From a virus (taxonomy: Duplodnaviria; Caudoviricetes), in IMG/VR virus record IMGVR_UViG_3300044957_001172, positions 1-60,695 of that record: a DNA stretch of 60,695 nt; one strand, given 5' to 3'. The translations under genes were made by a program, and so were the position numbers. Below are positions 31,590 through 40,030 of this stretch, in pieces. The notes below the pieces were generated by a model. The model was not told the origin of the DNA. It did not search any database and saw only the letters and a list, made by a program, of their open reading frames with translations. The first letter of the stretch is position 1. Each line of letters starts with the position of its first letter.

Positions 31590-33366
31590 GATTAAAAATC
31601 TAACCGTTAAAAATTTTATGAGTGTAGGTAACCAAACACAAGGCATTGATTTTGATCAAGAGCAGTTGACACTGGTGTTGGGATCTAATCATGATCTAGG
31701 TGGTGATGACACAGGTTCTAGAAATGGCACAGGGAAAACCACAATAATCAACGCCTTGAGTTATAGCCTATATGGTCAAGCGTTAACTAATATTAAAAAA
31801 GAAAACTTGATCAACAAGATCAATAACAGAAATATGTTGGTCACTGTAGAGTTTGAAAAAAATAATTTTAAATATCGTATAGAACGTGGACGCAAACCAA
31901 ACGTTCTAAAACTATTTGTTAACGATAAAGAAATTACCGCAGAAAACCAAGGCGACGATGAAAGCCAGGGTGATAGTAGAGAAACACAAAAATTTATAGA
32001 ACAAATATTGGAAATGAGTCACTCTATGTTCAAACATCTAGTGGCCCTTAACACTTATACTGAACCATTCCTAGCTATGCGTGCCGGAGATCAACGTGAG
32101 GTAATTGAACAATTATTAGGAATAACTTTGTTGTCTGTCAAAGCTGAAGAATTAAAAAATAGAATAAAAGAAAATAAAGATCTTATTACCAAAGAAAATT
32201 TTAGAATAGAAGGTGTTAAAAATGCAAATGAAAATGTGCAAAAAAGCATAGATAGCCTTAAAATAAAAAGTTCAGTATGGCTTAATAAGCATGATCAAGA
32301 TTTAAAAAATTTAAGTCGTGCCATAGTAAACTTAGAAAAAGTAGATATAGAGACAGAGATTAATTTACATGCTGCCTTAAAAATATGGTTAGAAAATGAT
32401 AAAAAATTAACAGGTCTAAGAAAACAACAATCTACATTAGAAACAGCTATTCAACAATCTAATAAAACCGTCACAAAATATACTCAAGAAGTAGAAAAAC
32501 TTAAAGATAAAAAATGTCACGCCTGTGCCCAAGGTCTGCAAGATCATAAACATGAAGAAATGCTAAACGAAGCTCAAAAAGGCAAGATAGAAGCAGAAAC
32601 ATATGCTCTCAAACTAATTAATGATTATAAACATGTTGTAGTCGAAATTGAAAAAATAGATAGTAATAATAAGAGACCCAATACTTTTTATGAAACAGAG
32701 GCAGAAGCATTAGAGCATAAAAATAACTTAGACAACTTAGAAAAGACCTTAATAAAAAAATCAGAAGAGCCAAATCCTTACGAGGAACAAATTATCGAGT
32801 TAAAAAATTATGCTATTCAGGAAATCAATTGGGAATTCGTGAATGGATTAACAAAATTAAAAGATCACCAGGAATTTCTTTTAAAATTGTTAACAAATAA
32901 AGATAGTTTCATACGAAAACGTATTATTGATCAAAACCTATCATATCTTAACAAACGTCTTAGCTACTATCTAGATAAACTAGGATTGCCACATCGTGTG
33001 ATATTTCAAAACGATCTTTCTGTTGAAATAACTCAATTAGGACAAGATCTTGATTTTGATAACCTTAGCAGAGGTGAGCGTAACAGATTAATCTTATCAA
33101 TGAGTTTCGCTTTTCGTGATGTATGGGAAGGATTATACCAACCTATCAATTTATTGTTTATTGATGAACTAGTAGATTCCGGTATGGATTCTGCAGGAGT
33201 TGAAGGTGCCCTAGCTGTTCTAAAAAAGATGGGCAGAGAACGAAAAAAGAATATATACCTAATAAGTCATAAAGATGAACTACAAGGTAGAGTCAATAAC
33301 GTGCTCAGAGTGATAAAAGAAAATGGATTTACCAGTTATTCGAATAATTTAGAATATGTCAACTGA
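31579..33366 (+). CDS. Recombination ATPase subunit, gp46/SbcC/Rad50-like
   Basis: Walker A NGTGKTT, coiled coil with CHAC zinc hook, LSRGE signature, Walker B LLFIDE, ISH. Confidence 0.93.
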   Translation: MTYKIKNLTVKNFMSVGNQTQGIDFDQEQLTLVLGSNHDLGGDDTGSRNGTGKTTIINALSYSLYGQALTNIKKENLINKINNRNMLVTVEFEKNNFKYRIERGRKPNVLKLFVNDKEITAENQGDDESQGDSRETQKFIEQILEMSHSMFKHLVALNTYTEPFLAMRAGDQREVIEQLLGITLLSVKAEELKNRIKENKDLITKENFRIEGVKNANENVQKSIDSLKIKSSVWLNKHDQDLKNLSRAIVNLEKVDIETEINLHAALKIWLENDKKLTGLRKQQSTLETAIQQSNKTVTKYTQEVEKLKDKKCHACAQGLQDHKHEEMLNEAQKGKIEAETYALKLINDYKHVVVEIEKIDSNNKRPNTFYETEAEALEHKNNLDNLEKTLIKKSEEPNPYEEQIIELKNYAIQEINWEFVNGLTKLKDHQEFLLKLLTNKDSFIRKRIIDQNLSYLNKRLSYYLDKLGLPHRVIFQNDLSVEITQLGQDLDFDNLSRGERNRLILSMSFAFRDVWEGLYQPINLLFIDELVDSGMDSAGVEGALAVLKKMGRERKKNIYLISHKDELQGRVNNVLRVIKENGFTSYSNNLEYVN

Positions 33367-33679
33367 ACTTGAAAATAAGTATAGAGAGTTGTACTCAAAA
33401 TATGTGGACCTAAATATAAATCTGCATAACTATCATATAGATTTCTTAAAGCGTAAACTAAAGAAAGATGCAGGTATTATACGAGATGATCTCTCGGCAA
33501 TTAGAAATATTTTATTAGAAATGAAAAAATTAGTGTTAGCGGTAAGACGAGAACACATAGCGAATTGGAAAATAAATGTACAAAACAGGTACTACTATAC
33601 TAAAGATGGAAAGAAAAAAATAAAAAGGGAGACAAAAAAAGATCATGGAAACTACAAATCACCTGAAAAAACTATTTGA
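33356..33679 (+). CDS. Hypothetical basic helical protein
   Basis: 107-aa ORF overlapping the end of gp46-like; Lys-rich C-terminus. Confidence 0.55.
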   Translation: MSTELENKYRELYSKYVDLNINLHNYHIDFLKRKLKKDAGIIRDDLSAIRNILLEMKKLVLAVRREHIANWKINVQNRYYYTKDGKKKIKRETKKDHGNYKSPEKTI

Positions 33680-33839
33680 GATTTTTTTAAAAGAAGATGA
33701 AAAATTCCTAGTAGGCAATTCTACAGCAGGAACTAGAGCAAGAAAAGCACTTGCTGAAATTTCTAAAGCTGTAAAATTACGACGAAAAGAAATTACATTA
33801 GAAAAAAATTCTAGAAAAAAAGCTAAAATCATAGAATAG
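33645..33839 (+). CDS. Histone H1-like protein (Hc1 family)
   Basis: KF..GNSTAGTRARKAL.EI.K..K..RK motif typical of Hc1/HctA-like proteins; GGGAG RBS. Confidence 0.75.
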   Translation: METTNHLKKLFEIFLKEDEKFLVGNSTAGTRARKALAEISKAVKLRRKEITLEKNSRKKAKIIE

Positions 33840-33867
33840 TATGTCATATTAATAAACAAGGAATCCA

Positions 33868-34596
33868 ATGATTGAAAATAAATTTAAAAATTTAGAATGC
33901 AAAATATGTACATCACATACTAAAGTTTATGGTATAGTTGATTTTAATAAAAATTGTGAAGAATTAAAAAATAAATTTTTACCTTATTCAGGTAAGGCTG
34001 TTTATTATCATCAATGTTCTAATTGTAATTTTATTTTTACAACTGACTTTAATCATTGGTCGTTAGAAGAATTTAAAAAAGAAATTTATAATGATGATTA
34101 TGAAATAGTCGATCCAGAGTATTGGGAAATAAGATCAAAAAATCTAGCACAATGGATTCAACCTTTATTAAATGGAGATAAAACTTTAAAGATATTTGAT
34201 TATGGTTGTGGAACAGGTGCATTTGGAGACGAGTTAGAAAGTTTAGGTTATAGCGTAGATTCTTGGGATCCATTATGGGGCGATGCTTTACCCCAAACCA
34301 AGCTTAATTCTTACGATGTTGTAACAGCATTTGAAGTACTAGAACATTCTCCTACACCATATGAAACAGCCAAAGAAATTATTAGTTTAACTAAAAAAGA
34401 TGAAGGTCAAATTATTATTCATACATTAGCAAATGATATAATTAGTGATGAAGGTGTAAATTATTGGTATATAGCTCCTAGAAACGGACATGTTTGCATG
34501 CACAGTAATAAAAGTTTAGATATTTTATTTGATAATTTAGGTATGACTGTATTACATTTAGCGCCAAATACTCATATCATATCCTGGAAAGAATGA
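33868..34596 (+). CDS. Class I SAM-dependent methyltransferase with N-terminal CxxC/CxxC
   Basis: FDYGCGTG motif I, YDVVTAFEVLEH, CKIC and CSNC. Confidence 0.85.
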   Translation: MIENKFKNLECKICTSHTKVYGIVDFNKNCEELKNKFLPYSGKAVYYHQCSNCNFIFTTDFNHWSLEEFKKEIYNDDYEIVDPEYWEIRSKNLAQWIQPLLNGDKTLKIFDYGCGTGAFGDELESLGYSVDSWDPLWGDALPQTKLNSYDVVTAFEVLEHSPTPYETAKEIISLTKKDEGQIIIHTLANDIISDEGVNYWYIAPRNGHVCMHSNKSLDILFDNLGMTVLHLAPNTHIISWKE

Positions 34597-35027
34597 CTTG
34601 GTATTATAAAGATACTATAGTAAATGAATTACCCGACGATTGTATTGGTTTTGTATATCTCATTATCAATACAATTACAAATAAAAAGTATATAGGCAAA
34701 AAGTTAGGAAAATTTTCCAAAACAACTTACAAAGTAATAAAATTAAAAAACAATACCAAGAAAAAAAAACGCATTAAAACAAAAATAAACTCAGACTGGC
34801 AATTATACTACGGCTCAAACGATCAACTTTCAAAAGATGTAGAACAATTAGGAATGGACAAATTTCACAGAGAAATATTATTTTTTTGTAAATCAAAAGC
34901 AGAATGCAGTTACATAGAGGCACGAGAACAATTCACAAGAAAAGTATTAGAATCAGACGAATATTATAACGGACAGATATCTGTTCGTGTCCATGGCTCA
35001 CATATCAAAGGCAAATTAAACGGTTAA
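34593..35027 (+). CDS. GIY-YIG endonuclease (stand-alone, EndoII/Seg-like)
   Basis: GFVY-x10-YIG, YYGS, conserved E (YIEAREQ) and YYN. Confidence 0.85.
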   Translation: MTWYYKDTIVNELPDDCIGFVYLIINTITNKKYIGKKLGKFSKTTYKVIKLKNNTKKKKRIKTKINSDWQLYYGSNDQLSKDVEQLGMDKFHREILFFCKSKAECSYIEAREQFTRKVLESDEYYNGQISVRVHGSHIKGKLNG

Positions 35028-35500
35028 GGCTCGCGCAGGCCAACTTCGTGCGCTCTATACCTGGACCTCGGGTCGCAGGGATGATAGTCTCTCGCCGTAA
35101 TGAGCACTCAACCACTACCCTGCCAGGATGAAGATCGCTAATGCCGCGATTTGGTTGTTTGAATAGGAACAAAAGGCTAAAAAGACGCTTGAGGGATCAA
35201 GCACGTTCATATAGTATGTCTGCGTATATTATATGAGCCGCCGTTGTATAAGGACGGAACGAGTAGGTACCGGACAACCGCCTACGTTTATGTTACATAA
35301 ATATGACATTAAGTACTTTAATGCCAAGTTTATGTCACATTAATAGTTCTAACGCTGAATGACTTGCTAACTCGGATGATGTTTCAAGCCAAACTTTGCC
35401 CGCCCTGGGCAAAGTATGACCATTTAATCTGGATGATTTATTAAGAAAAGGAAAACTGCTTCGAGTCGAAAGACGAAGAAGCATACGAACGTAGTTCGTT
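35028..35500 (+). ncRNA. Candidate large structured non-coding RNA, family not recognised
   Basis: No long ORF, GC content well above the flanks, at least 10 stems with G-U pairs and GNRA loops favouring the + strand. Confidence 0.65.
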
Positions 35501-35508
35501 TATAAATA
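35501..35508 (+). promoter_or_regulatory. T4 late promoter consensus TATAAATA
   Basis: Exact match directly after the last hairpin of the structured segment. Confidence 0.55.
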
Positions 35509-35513
35509 TTTAA

Positions 35514-35666
35514 TATTCCGGATTATATTCTGCGGCATCTGAAGCGCCAAAAGATCTAGAAAGAGAACCTACAGCAAAGACGATAAATATGCAGGGGATA
35601 GTGGTAAGAATCAATAAATTAACTCGTGCTCAACAAAAACAAATTTTAGCCTTGTTAGGGAAATAA
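35514..35666 (+). pseudogene. Gene remnant or small ORF resembling part of the downstream protein
   Basis: Open frame ...MQGIVVRINKLTRAQQKQILALLGK* resembles LKNIIGKLNPNQKQAIAAELQK of ORF 35668; the only ATG is at 35589. Confidence 0.35.
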
Positions 35667-35667
35667 T

Positions 35668-36459
35668 ATGAGAATTAATGAAATAATTGTAGGAAATCCA
35701 ATAGAACTTGATGAAGGTTTTACAGATACCTTGGCAAAAGGTGTGGGTGCTACAGCTCAAGGAATTGGGGCAGTTGCAGGAGGAGCGGCAGGCGCCTGGG
35801 ATCGTATGAAGCAAGGCTACGCTAAAGGTAGAGCAGCGGTTGCAGGAATAAATGATCCAAAAACACCTGATACCACTGCTCCTTCATCTGCAAACACAAA
35901 CGTTGCTCAAACAGCAGGCACCGCAGCCACAAGCGGAGGAATATCTGCAGCTCCTGCCAGGCAAGCAACTTCTGACGAATTAGAAGACTTAAAGAATATT
36001 ATTGGAAAATTAAATCCTAACCAAAAACAAGCAATTGCGGCAGAATTACAAAAACCTAAAATACAACAATCCCAAGGAAATGCTACAAAGGCGGTGACTC
36101 CAGCTGCTTCTGCAACACCAGCTGCTTCTGCAGGTAGCACATACGATCCTGCTAAAGCAAAAGCAGATAGAGATGCTAAAGCTGCTTCTGATCGTGCAGA
36201 AGCAGCTAAACAAATAGCAGCTACTAAAGCGGCTAATGCTGAAAAAGCTAAACAAGATGCTGCTATTAAAGCAGCCAAAGATGCAGCTATGGCAAAGCCT
36301 TTATTCCAACAAACAGCAGCGGATAAATTAGCTATTCAAAAGGCTCAACAAGTAGGTATAAGAGAAGCAGTTACGGAAAGTAAACAACCTAAAAAGCCTG
36401 CTCCTAAACAACCTACGAAGAAGCCTGCTCCTGGTAAGAAGAAAAAAAAGTTGTTGTAG
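35668..36459 (+). CDS. Ala/Lys-rich putative head-internal protein (possibly extends to 36494)
   Basis: 263 aa; MRINEII...LDE N-terminus; low-complexity Ala/Lys/Gln. Confidence 0.6.
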   Translation: MRINEIIVGNPIELDEGFTDTLAKGVGATAQGIGAVAGGAAGAWDRMKQGYAKGRAAVAGINDPKTPDTTAPSSANTNVAQTAGTAATSGGISAAPARQATSDELEDLKNIIGKLNPNQKQAIAAELQKPKIQQSQGNATKAVTPAASATPAASAGSTYDPAKAKADRDAKAASDRAEAAKQIAATKAANAEKAKQDAAIKAAKDAAMAKPLFQQTAADKLAIQKAQQVGIREAVTESKQPKKPAPKQPTKKPAPGKKKKKLL

Positions 36460-36490
36460 AATTTGATAGTAAATTTTTAGGAAAAATAAT

Positions 36491-36709
36491 TTAGAAGAAA
36501 GGTAATCCTGATTCTTTAGTTACTTCTAAATGTTCTGTTACAATTTTACCTATGATTTCTCTGTCTTCTATAGATAACATGTGTGCTAGATTATAATCCA
36601 ACCCTCCACGCATATACCAACATAATTTTAAGAGTTCTTCTTTAATGGCTTTTGTATTATTTTCATAACTCTTAACTAATTCATTGATGCCATCTACATC
36701 AAGATACAA
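36491..36709 (-). CDS. gp51-like baseplate hub assembly protein (likely made as a -1 frameshift extension of the upstream ORF)
   Basis: LCWYMRGG.DY..AHMLSIEDREII motif; only a TTG start without a well-spaced RBS. Confidence 0.6.
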   Translation of the reverse strand: MYLDVDGINELVKSYENNTKAIKEELLKLCWYMRGGLDYNLAHMLSIEDREIIGKIVTEHLEVTKESGLPFF

Positions 36710-36714
36710 AAGCC

Positions 36715-37581
36715 TTAGACGAAAAAAGTTGATGGATCAAAAGTTAATGGAACTTCTATAGTTTCTCCAGTTATACCTTTTTCCTTCATTTCGTCAGTAA
36801 CAGATACAATAATTGGTTTTATTGAATTACGATCTTTAAGTCTGTCCAAATGAATTTGTATCTTGTTGAAAATTTCTTTATCAGCATTTTCTATAAATTC
36901 GCGAATAAAACCAGGATCATCTACACTTCCTTCAGATGTATCTATTTTAATTATGCTGTTTGAAATAATTCCTAGTGTAACTTCTGATAATTTATTAAAA
37001 CTTTTTTTAAAAATTTCTTGTTTTTGTTCTTCTGAAAGTTTGTCATCATTGACTGCCTGCATTATTTTTTGTGTTTCAAAAGTTTGTAAGGCATTTTTTG
37101 TCATTTCTTTATAATATAAAGGTCTAACATATATTGTCATTTCGTCGCTAATTGCGATAATTGGATCCCAGCTAAAATTATTTAAGATGTTATCCATTAC
37201 GATTCTCAAATCAACCTGATATTCATATTCGATATCATTATTAATTTTTACAGGAGTATTCATGTTTTCACCATAGGTAGCCAATCTGATAGCAAGTAAA
37301 ATAAGATCAATATCAATACTAGGAACATACCAAGCATTTTTTATTGCTGGTATACAATTTTGTATAACATCGACTACAGCTTGTCCATTCATCAAGGCGT
37401 CTGGAACATTTAGCAATAGCTCATCTTTGGCAGTCATAGAGTAAACAGCTAATTGAATATTCTCTCCTAGGTCAATTGTCTGTGGAGGATAATATTGCCC
37501 GCCACTTGGTAAGGCAATATAAATTTTTGGCTGTCGCATAAAGGCAGTAAGTGGATTTGTTTTTTTCATATTTTGAACCAT
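36715..37581 (-). CDS. Baseplate hub assembly chaperone, T4 gp26-like
   Basis: RQPKIYIALPSGG...MTAKDELLL...DIDLILLAIRLATYGE and C-terminal FDPSTFF. Confidence 0.75.
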   Translation of the reverse strand: MVQNMKKTNPLTAFMRQPKIYIALPSGGQYYPPQTIDLGENIQLAVYSMTAKDELLLNVPDALMNGQAVVDVIQNCIPAIKNAWYVPSIDIDLILLAIRLATYGENMNTPVKINNDIEYEYQVDLRIVMDNILNNFSWDPIIAISDEMTIYVRPLYYKEMTKNALQTFETQKIMQAVNDDKLSEEQKQEIFKKSFNKLSEVTLGIISNSIIKIDTSEGSVDDPGFIREFIENADKEIFNKIQIHLDRLKDRNSIKPIIVSVTDEMKEKGITGETIEVPLTFDPSTFFV

Positions 37582-37593
37582 CTAATTCTCCGA

Positions 37594-37627
37594 TAAATAA
37601 ATTTGTATCTGCTTGCAAGAGTATTTA
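37594..37627. promoter_or_regulatory. Divergent pair of late promoter cores
   Basis: GATAAATA on + (core 37594-99) toward the tape-measure-like gene and on - (core 37622-27) toward gp26-like. Confidence 0.55.
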
Positions 37628-37652
37628 TCTACTAATATAACCACAATATATA

Positions 37653-40019
37653 ATGGCTGAAGTTACAGGACGAATTGGACAAGATGATGTATTATTAAAT
37701 AATGCAGCTACTGAAGCTACATTAAAACTATTGCTTCAGTCTACATTATCTGCCAACAAACAAAGTTTAACTGCTGTAGAAAACCTAGCAAGATCGAGCG
37801 GATTGAATCCGCAAATGGTTCAAGCTGCGAACCAGTCATTAAATGTAACAGCCGCCAGTGGTTCCAAAGTTGGTAAAGTATTTGAATCGTTAGGTTTCGT
37901 CGCAGGAGCCTTGAGTAGTACCTTTAAAGAAGCAATTGATTTAGGTACTAAACTTGCAAGCAATCAGGCACAAGCAAGTGATGTTTTTGCTGCATTTGCT
38001 AAAATACCAGGTCCATTAGGTGTTATAGCTGGATTGTTTGAAAAATTAGCAATTTTCCAACAGACAACTTTAACAAGTTATCAAACACTAACAAATGCAG
38101 GAGCAAGTTTTGGCGGAAGCCTTACAGAATTAAGATTAGCGGCAAGTTCTACTTACATGACATTGAATCAATTTACTGATCTTGTTGCAAAAAATGCAGA
38201 TGCATTTAGCATAATGGGAGGATCAGTTGATCAAGGTGTAAGAAGTTTTGTTAAATTAAGTAATTCATTATTGGCAAGCGATGCAGGGTCAAAATTATTG
38301 GCATTAGGTTATACAACAGAACAAGTTAATTCTGGCATGGCAAATTACATAGCCATAACAGGTGGTAGAACAGCAGAAGAAATGCGAAATACCAAAGCAA
38401 TTACAGCAGCCAGTGCAGAATATCTAACACAATTAGATGGATTAGCACAATTAACAGGTAAGTCACGACAACAGCAAGAAGAGACGTTAAAAAAAGCTAG
38501 TCAAAATGCTGCTTATCAACAGAAACTCCTAACGATGGATGAAAAACAAAAAGCAGCAGCCAATAGAGGTCTAGCCGAAATGTCAGCAAAATTTGGACAA
38601 TCAGGTGTAGAACTTTACCAGGCGCAGGTGATGGGCATTCCTCCTCAAACAGAAGCTGCAAAAAACCTTATGGCATTAAGTGCAGACGTAGCAAAAGCTA
38701 GTCAAGGCATGGCTGATGTTGCCAACAGAGGAGGAACAGCAGCTGAGACTATGAAATATAGTGCAGAAGCTACACAAGGTGCTGTAAATGCTGCTAAACA
38801 ATTTGAAGGAGTAGCAGGAGCATTGAGTTTTAGAACCGATGGAGCTAGTATAGCCTTAATGAACCTTATACAAGCTAGTAATAAAGCCACTCAACAAGGC
38901 ATAGCAAATAGTGAGAATGAATTACAGTTGCGAGGAAGGATAACAGCAGAGCAGTTATCACGTCAAGGAAGCGAAGCAAGAGCAGCCATAGAAACACAAA
39001 AAGCATTAACACAATTAGGACAACAAATACTGCTAGCAGTAATGCCTATAATAAGAGCTTTGTTACCTGTAATGAATGTGGCAATTAAATTATTTGCAGA
39101 TATGGTTACTCCTGTAGCAAAATTTATTCAAAGTGTAACAGAAATACCAGGAGCAATGAACTATCTAGGAATAGCAGTACTTGGATTAGCTGGGGTATTT
39201 TTAGCAGCTAAAGTTATAGGACTTGCAAGCACAATAGGTAAAGGTGTTAGTAGTATTATGAGAGGTGGCTCCGATACATTCAAAGGTGCCGCTGAAGGAT
39301 TTAAAAAAGGTGGAGTTAAGGGTGCTATAGCAGGAGTATTGAGTACTGGTTCAGGAACAGCATTGGGTGGATTGGCCGCAGGACTTTTAGGATCTAGCCC
39401 TGGAAATCCTATGTATGTAGCTATCGTCAAAGGTGGTCCTGGCGGTGGGGTACTTGATCAATTAACAGATGCGTTGGGATCTAAAGATAAAGGCAGTGGT
39501 ACAGGCAAAATTGGAGATAAGCTAGGTGGAGGACAAGGTGGTATTCTGCAGAAAATTACAGGACAAATGGGCAACATGGGAAAGGTATTAGGTATGGCAG
39601 GCAGTGTGCTAGGAAAAGTTGCCCTGCCTATTGCCGCAGGAGCATCTGCATATAATGCATATCAAGGTTTTACAGCAGATCAAAATGCAAGCATAGAAGA
39701 TAAATTCTTTAACGCTGGAAGTAGTGCTTTAAGTGGACTAACTTTTGGCCTTCTAGGTTCTAGTCCGCAAGAAATAGCAGCAAGAAGTAAAAAACCGTCA
39801 AATGAAGAAAAAAGTAATAATTTGCTACAGGAAGGAAAACCTTCTCCACAATCTTTAGACCAGTCTAATAAATCATCTACGGAATCTGCATCTACTGAGT
39901 TAAATATCTTAAATAAAACAATGAACGAATTGCTAAAATACACGAAAGAAATGGCTGACTATGCCAAAAGAACTATGGAAGGTGTAAAGGAGATGAATCC
40001 AAATTTATTTCAGAGGTAA
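37653..40019 (+). CDS. Tape-measure-like tail protein
   Basis: 788-aa Ala/Gly/Gln-rich helical ORF with a hydrophobic central segment, next to the hub chaperones. Confidence 0.6.
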   Translation: MAEVTGRIGQDDVLLNNAATEATLKLLLQSTLSANKQSLTAVENLARSSGLNPQMVQAANQSLNVTAASGSKVGKVFESLGFVAGALSSTFKEAIDLGTKLASNQAQASDVFAAFAKIPGPLGVIAGLFEKLAIFQQTTLTSYQTLTNAGASFGGSLTELRLAASSTYMTLNQFTDLVAKNADAFSIMGGSVDQGVRSFVKLSNSLLASDAGSKLLALGYTTEQVNSGMANYIAITGGRTAEEMRNTKAITAASAEYLTQLDGLAQLTGKSRQQQEETLKKASQNAAYQQKLLTMDEKQKAAANRGLAEMSAKFGQSGVELYQAQVMGIPPQTEAAKNLMALSADVAKASQGMADVANRGGTAAETMKYSAEATQGAVNAAKQFEGVAGALSFRTDGASIALMNLIQASNKATQQGIANSENELQLRGRITAEQLSRQGSEARAAIETQKALTQLGQQILLAVMPIIRALLPVMNVAIKLFADMVTPVAKFIQSVTEIPGAMNYLGIAVLGLAGVFLAAKVIGLASTIGKGVSSIMRGGSDTFKGAAEGFKKGGVKGAIAGVLSTGSGTALGGLAAGLLGSSPGNPMYVAIVKGGPGGGVLDQLTDALGSKDKGSGTGKIGDKLGGGQGGILQKITGQMGNMGKVLGMAGSVLGKVALPIAAGASAYNAYQGFTADQNASIEDKFFNAGSSALSGLTFGLLGSSPQEIAARSKKPSNEEKSNNLLQEGKPSPQSLDQSNKSSTESASTELNILNKTMNELLKYTKEMADYAKRTMEGVKEMNPNLFQR

Positions 40020-40030
40020 TAAAATACATT

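Noticed and set aside
35028-35500. Group I intron hosting the GIY-YIG ORF, or tRNA/tmRNA/RNase P
   Set aside because: No interrupted host gene flanks it, and I could not identify P7 core, cloverleaf, tag-ORF or RNase P consensus sequences; not excluded without covariance-model searches
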